A stretch of DNA of 63,727 nt, the filler included, from Rhabdomonas costata (Eukaryota), in NCBI GenBank assembly GCA_019059605.1. It is 31 parts of 31 records of this genome, joined end to end, with 100 filler letters (N's around TTAATTAATTAA, not from the genome) between each part and the next. Parts side by side here need not be neighbours in the genome. Positions count along the whole stretch, not along the records: positions 57,655 to 59,612 come from JAHMHO010006990.1; positions 59,713 to 61,669 come from JAHMHO010006991.1; positions 61,770 to 63,727 come from JAHMHO010006992.1; 28 more parts are not named here. One strand, given 5' to 3'. The notes below the pieces were generated by a model. That model saw only the letters and a program-made list of their open reading frames with translations. It was not told where the DNA came from and searched no databases. Every line of letters starts with the position of its first letter. Positions within the stretch are counted from its first letter, which is position 1. Position numbers and translations under genes: made by a program. Below, in pieces: positions 59,406 to 63,727 of the stretch.

Positions 59406-59601
59406 TGAGGCTTTCCGCGCGTTGAGGAGCCACCGCTCCCGAGCCGCAGCTGCAGACCCGGACCGAGGAGGTCCTCCTCGGCAGCACTACCATCACCGCT
59501 GCCGCTGCGGCGTGGAGGCTGCGGCGGAGGGACGCGGGGCTGGACCTGGGGTTTCGCCTGGGAAGCTGACTGGGGCAGGGCTATCGTGGCAGAGGATTCG
59601 C
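59406..59601 (-). CDS. Putative internal exon, Pro/Gly/Ser-rich
   Basis: CGCAG acceptor, GTGAGT donor, open frame ESSATIALPQSASQAKPQVQPRVPPPQPPRRSGSGDG.. Confidence 0.4.
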
Positions 59602-60850
59602 CTGCGAAACCCNNNNNNNNNNNNNNNNNNNNNNNNNNNNNNNNNNNNNNNNNNNNTTAATTAATTAANNNNNNNNNNNNNNNNNNNNNNNNNNNNNNNN
59701 NNNNNNNNNNNNTTTGTGGGGGGTTGTGCTCACACACTTCGCTTCATTAGAGCTGGAAACAAGCAACCGGTCATTGAAATGATCACCATCACAATACACG
59801 GTGTCAGAGGAAACACCAAGAAGGAATGACTGAGACCTTAGTCAGACCGAACGCAGAGGAAAGTGCAACCTGCTCCCATATAACGGGAAAATGAACACAT
59901 TCTGCTGAGCTCAACGGTCCATGGTAATATATAGGGTGGTAATGAAGGTGGTATTTTAGGGTGGTGATGAATATACCGTTAGTAGAGGGCTAAGCCGAAG
60001 CAGGCCTGGGTTCTTTTGTATATACAGCAGGCCTCCCGAAACGCTGTGTGGCCGGTCCTTGGGGTCAGGAGATTCCCGACCATTCACCCTCGGCCGGTGG
60101 TGGTGCCCCTTGCGCCGCTTCTTGCCCCACGCAGCGGAGGGTTTACGACAGCGCCCACAACGTACTTTACAAGGAACCACCCACGCCGAAAAGGGGCCAG
60201 GCAAATGGCTCTTGGCAGCCTGCAGCCCACAAAAATCACCGCATAACTGCATCACTGTCACGGGCGAGTCCACGAGTGGTGTGAAACTTGTAGGCATTCC
60301 CTCGTTCGACCTCAGGCGAGAAATAATAGTTGCAGAAGCTCTCAAGTGTGCGGCGTATTGTGAGACAAATAGGTAAACACTCAAGACTCCTTGAAGGATA
60401 CTTTTGCCCAACGGAGCGAAGCAGAATGGCGCCCGAGGGAAGGCCAAAATCACCGCCGTGTACACCAAAACGTAAACAGAACGCGTCCAAACTTCCGGAA
60501 TTGTTCTGGTTTAGGCTCAATAACACCGGAAATCGCAGCAAAAATGGTCAGCAACAACGGCGAAAAGAACCACGGCATCGCTTGTGAGTCGCGACAGAGG
60601 TCATCTGAAACCAAACAACACCAGTCTTCATTTTGAAAAGCACAATGACGCACACCCATTTGCAAGGTCGCTCAAAGGACACCCTCCCCCCCCAAAAGGC
60701 CAACAACGCACGTGCCGAGAGGGAGCAGCCGGGCATCAGCGTCATGTGGTGGAGCGACAATGCAAACAGGGCAACATAAAAGCAATTGGTTGGGTGGGGA
60801 ACAGGGCGGTGGATTGGGCCCCAGGTACCACCGAAAGAAACCAAAAGCTG

Positions 60851-60892
60851 TCCCAGTACAGTATAGCATGTTCCCAGTACAGTATAGCATGT
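60851..60892. repeat. 21-bp tandem duplication
   Basis: TCCCAGTACAGTATAGCATGT x2. Confidence 0.9.
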
Positions 60893-62949
60893 AACCACTG
60901 CGCCAATGCGCCACGTCAACCTCCGCACTCGTTGAGCCATTCTGATTTCGCATCGGGATTCGCTCGGTCTCACAGCTGCATTTGGGCATGCTGGAAAGAA
61001 TAGGTTCCCGATCAGCTGCACAAGAGACACACGCACAAAAGGGAAGAAGAGGACCCATGGAAGTCAAAAGCGCAAGGGAGATATGCACACCAGAAAAAAA
61101 GCACGACAGACGCAAGAAACAATACTACACAGCGTGATTGCGGTTTAATTGCACCGTATGAACCAAACTGGTCGTGCAGAACCACTCTGCAACAACCACC
61201 TTGGTTCATGGCGATCGTTGAGAGCAGTCTGCCTTTCTCAACGGTACCTGGCTGCCTACAATTGTACCCCAACCCCAACCCGATCTAACCCCCTCCAACC
61301 TCGCAACAAAAAAGAGAACCAGCGACAAAAAGGAAAAGAGCGCCACAGAGAGTTACAATAAATAACTGCACATCGCCGGATCAGACCCCATTACAGCTGA
61401 CCCATTCGACGGAGATCGAACTGCAGCTCATCCACAACGACGTTCACATAGCTGTGCGAGGTGGGCAGGTCCCGCAATAGGCACACGTGAACACGAGAGT
61501 TTTGAGAGTCTTGAGTGGCTTCAGAAAGAGGCTAAACCTTGGGTAACTGAGTTACCCACCACTTAGGTTGCAAAGAAAAACCAAAGTCGCGGCGACAAGC
61601 GGCATTGCTCATACTTTTCGGGAGCGTTCGCAACTTCGTGGATATGTTCTACGTCGGAGTCACCGAACANNNNNNNNNNNNNNNNNNNNNNNNNNNNNNN
61701 NNNNNNNNNNNNNTTAATTAATTAANNNNNNNNNNNNNNNNNNNNNNNNNNNNNNNNNNNNNNNNNNNNGGTTTGTGGGAGATTGTATACTGCGGAAAGC
61801 TGCATAACGTCATATATCTAGTACATTGTCCCGAACGTCATTTACAGATGAGTCTTGGTGGTCACCGAAAACTGCAGTCCAAGGGAGATTTTGCGTGCTA
61901 AAAAGACTGTCATCAATTTAAACAGATTAATCATCAACTGAAAAGCTACACTTTTCTAAAATTGAAGGTATTTTGGATAACCAAGTGTAGTTGAACAAGC
62001 ATTGAAACATTTGTATACGAGTTTACACATAGTACTAACAGAGGAAGTTTGCATTTGTATCTCGAAAGACCGTTAATCCATTGATCGTGTTCACGAATTT
62101 GCGGTAATGCAAAGCAGAGGAAATACTCGTGCACTAAGCAAGTCAAAGTGCCAGCGCATCGTCTGTGGCTCCATGTCACTTGCCATAACTAGTTTCATTG
62201 CGTTTGTCGTGCTTTTTGATGAGGTATTTTTGACACAAACTACCGTTCATTCGTTGAAGCTTGTTTTGATGCATGTTTCTATGTCCGGCAATAATTACAA
62301 ATAAAACACAACTTTGAAAATGTTCCACGGTGCTGCGTGATTGACAACTTCCCCACCTGGTTTTGATTGTGTGGTTTACACCAGTTCAATTAGACGAGGT
62401 AAAACTTTATGCAATTACAGTATCTCACTCCTGCGCCATATTTTAATTCAAAAACGTTACCTGTATACATTCAGTTACTGTAAATGCAGGGTATTGCGCC
62501 ACAGTCAGAATATATGAATCCACTTACGCTTATATAAGTTGAATGCTTCTACTACTATTTACCGCCGGCTCAACAGATCCAGAAGGCTGTCCAGTGCGGT
62601 GGTGGCATTCGTACAGCCATTCGTTTTGAATGTCAGTGGCTATTGCTGGATGATTAGATGGATTGAATGATTACAGTGAGTGTCTATGGGGGATCCGGTT
62701 GATTGACACCATGGGGACACAAACTAATGTGGTGCAGATGGTGGGGAGGTGGTAACCGGAGAACGGAAGTGGTTGGTGGTGGTAGTGGTGTTGAGATCAT
62801 TGTGGTTTGGAAAATTGGCATTAAATAGGTAGCGGATAAAGCATGCTGGAACAAAACACCTGGGACCTGAAAGAGTGGATGCCTGAGGTGGCGGGGGGGC
62901 GGAGATCTTCTTTGAGATATCAAGTGGATGTAGGGAGGGCTCCGCCGGA

Positions 62950-63720
62950 CCTTGGCACATGAACCTTGGTGGTGTTAGCGCCTGTGGGAAGTGTGGCTAA
63001 TTGCTGTCGAGAATGTTGTACGGAGAAGGTGTAGGGCGATACAAGCTGTGAGGCACACAATATTTGGAATGGGGTGTTGAAGCGATGAGGGAAATTGAGA
63101 AAGTGCGTGCTAATGGAAAGGTACAGCGAGAAAGTCTCTCCAAATTAACGCAGGTGTATGCATGCATATGGGAATCGAGCTGGTGGGGGTACTTACGAAA
63201 CTCCTGGGATTTGGCGGGCACGGGCAGAGCTTGCGCCGTGGAGGCAAATAACTGGAAAGTCACAGCCACAATCACCAGAATGTGGAACAGATGGACGTTG
63301 GTAATCTTGTGGGGTCTATCGATTTGAGGGATGAGGGCGGGTGTGTGGTGTGTGTGTGTGCGCAAGGATGTTGGATCTGCTACCTGTTACCGAACCTTCT
63401 TACAATTGCTGGATTGCACAATTGGGTGGTGGTTGGAGTGAGTGGGTAGAAGAAAGTGATGTTCTTGACACCAGGTGACCAGATGCTGACCAGATACTCC
63501 ATACAAGTATCAATGAGTGCAGGTGGAGGAGCTGACATCCTGCCTGCGCTCATTTGGGGTGGTGGTGGTGGGGGGCATGGATAAAAGTAGCGTGTATATC
63601 TGGGGTACTCCTGGCCTGCGGATATCCGCTTGTTTCGTACCTCGGAGCAGTGGACGAGAAAAGGAATGCTGTAAAAGGCAGAAGGCAAAATCACTCATCT
63701 TTCGATTCTGAATCTGAGAC
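62950..63720 (-). mobile_element. Possible decayed LINE ORF2 C-terminal region
   Basis: IDTCMEYLVSIWSP resembles the post-RT 'IRPxLEYxxxVWSP' motif. Surrounding frames are broken. Confidence 0.3.
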
Positions 63721-63727
63721 AAAACCC

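Noticed and set aside
1-63727. rRNA, tRNA, CRISPR arrays, prokaryotic operons or an intact transposase
   Set aside because: None was recognised by eye, and the sequence is eukaryotic with spliceosomal introns. A tRNAscan-SE/Infernal run would be needed to exclude small RNAs.

Overview
This is not contiguous genome. It is 31 unrelated contigs of about 1.95-1.96 kb, joined by an artificial 100-bp spacer (44 N + TTAATTAATTAA + 44 N). The DNA comes from an intron-rich eukaryote, a protist; receptor-cyclase-like genes tentatively suggest a euglenozoan. It was probably whole-genome amplified, because most contigs start with a G/T-only run and end with a C/A-only run. Most ORF-track entries are spurious, and real genes appear as short spliced exons. 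Recognisable gene fragments are a BIRC6/UBE2O-type E2, an ABCG transporter, an OGT-like TPR protein, a sirtuin, a dTDP-glucose 4,6-dehydratase, a HECTD1/BTB-type discoidin-like domain, a kelch-like propeller, two RRM proteins (one an SR protein), a TSP1/DUF4215 surface protein, a sugar porter, a PP2C, a NOMO-like protein and a TM-HAMP receptor. There are also decayed LINE-like relics and a fold-back element. Four signals stand out. (1) Genes appear interleaved: in several 2-kb contigs internal exons of two genes sit inside each other's introns, most clearly NOMO(+) versus the HAMP receptor(-) at 47364-49320. (2) There are non-GT splice donors: one well-constrained GA-AG candidate and several GC-AG. 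(3) The sirtuin has lost all four zinc-binding cysteines. (4) A repeat family on two contigs is built from hairpins with variable stems and a conserved GAGCGNAGCGA cap, which suggests a structured ssDNA element. All exon models were made by hand, and amplification chimeras remain an alternative explanation for the interleaving.
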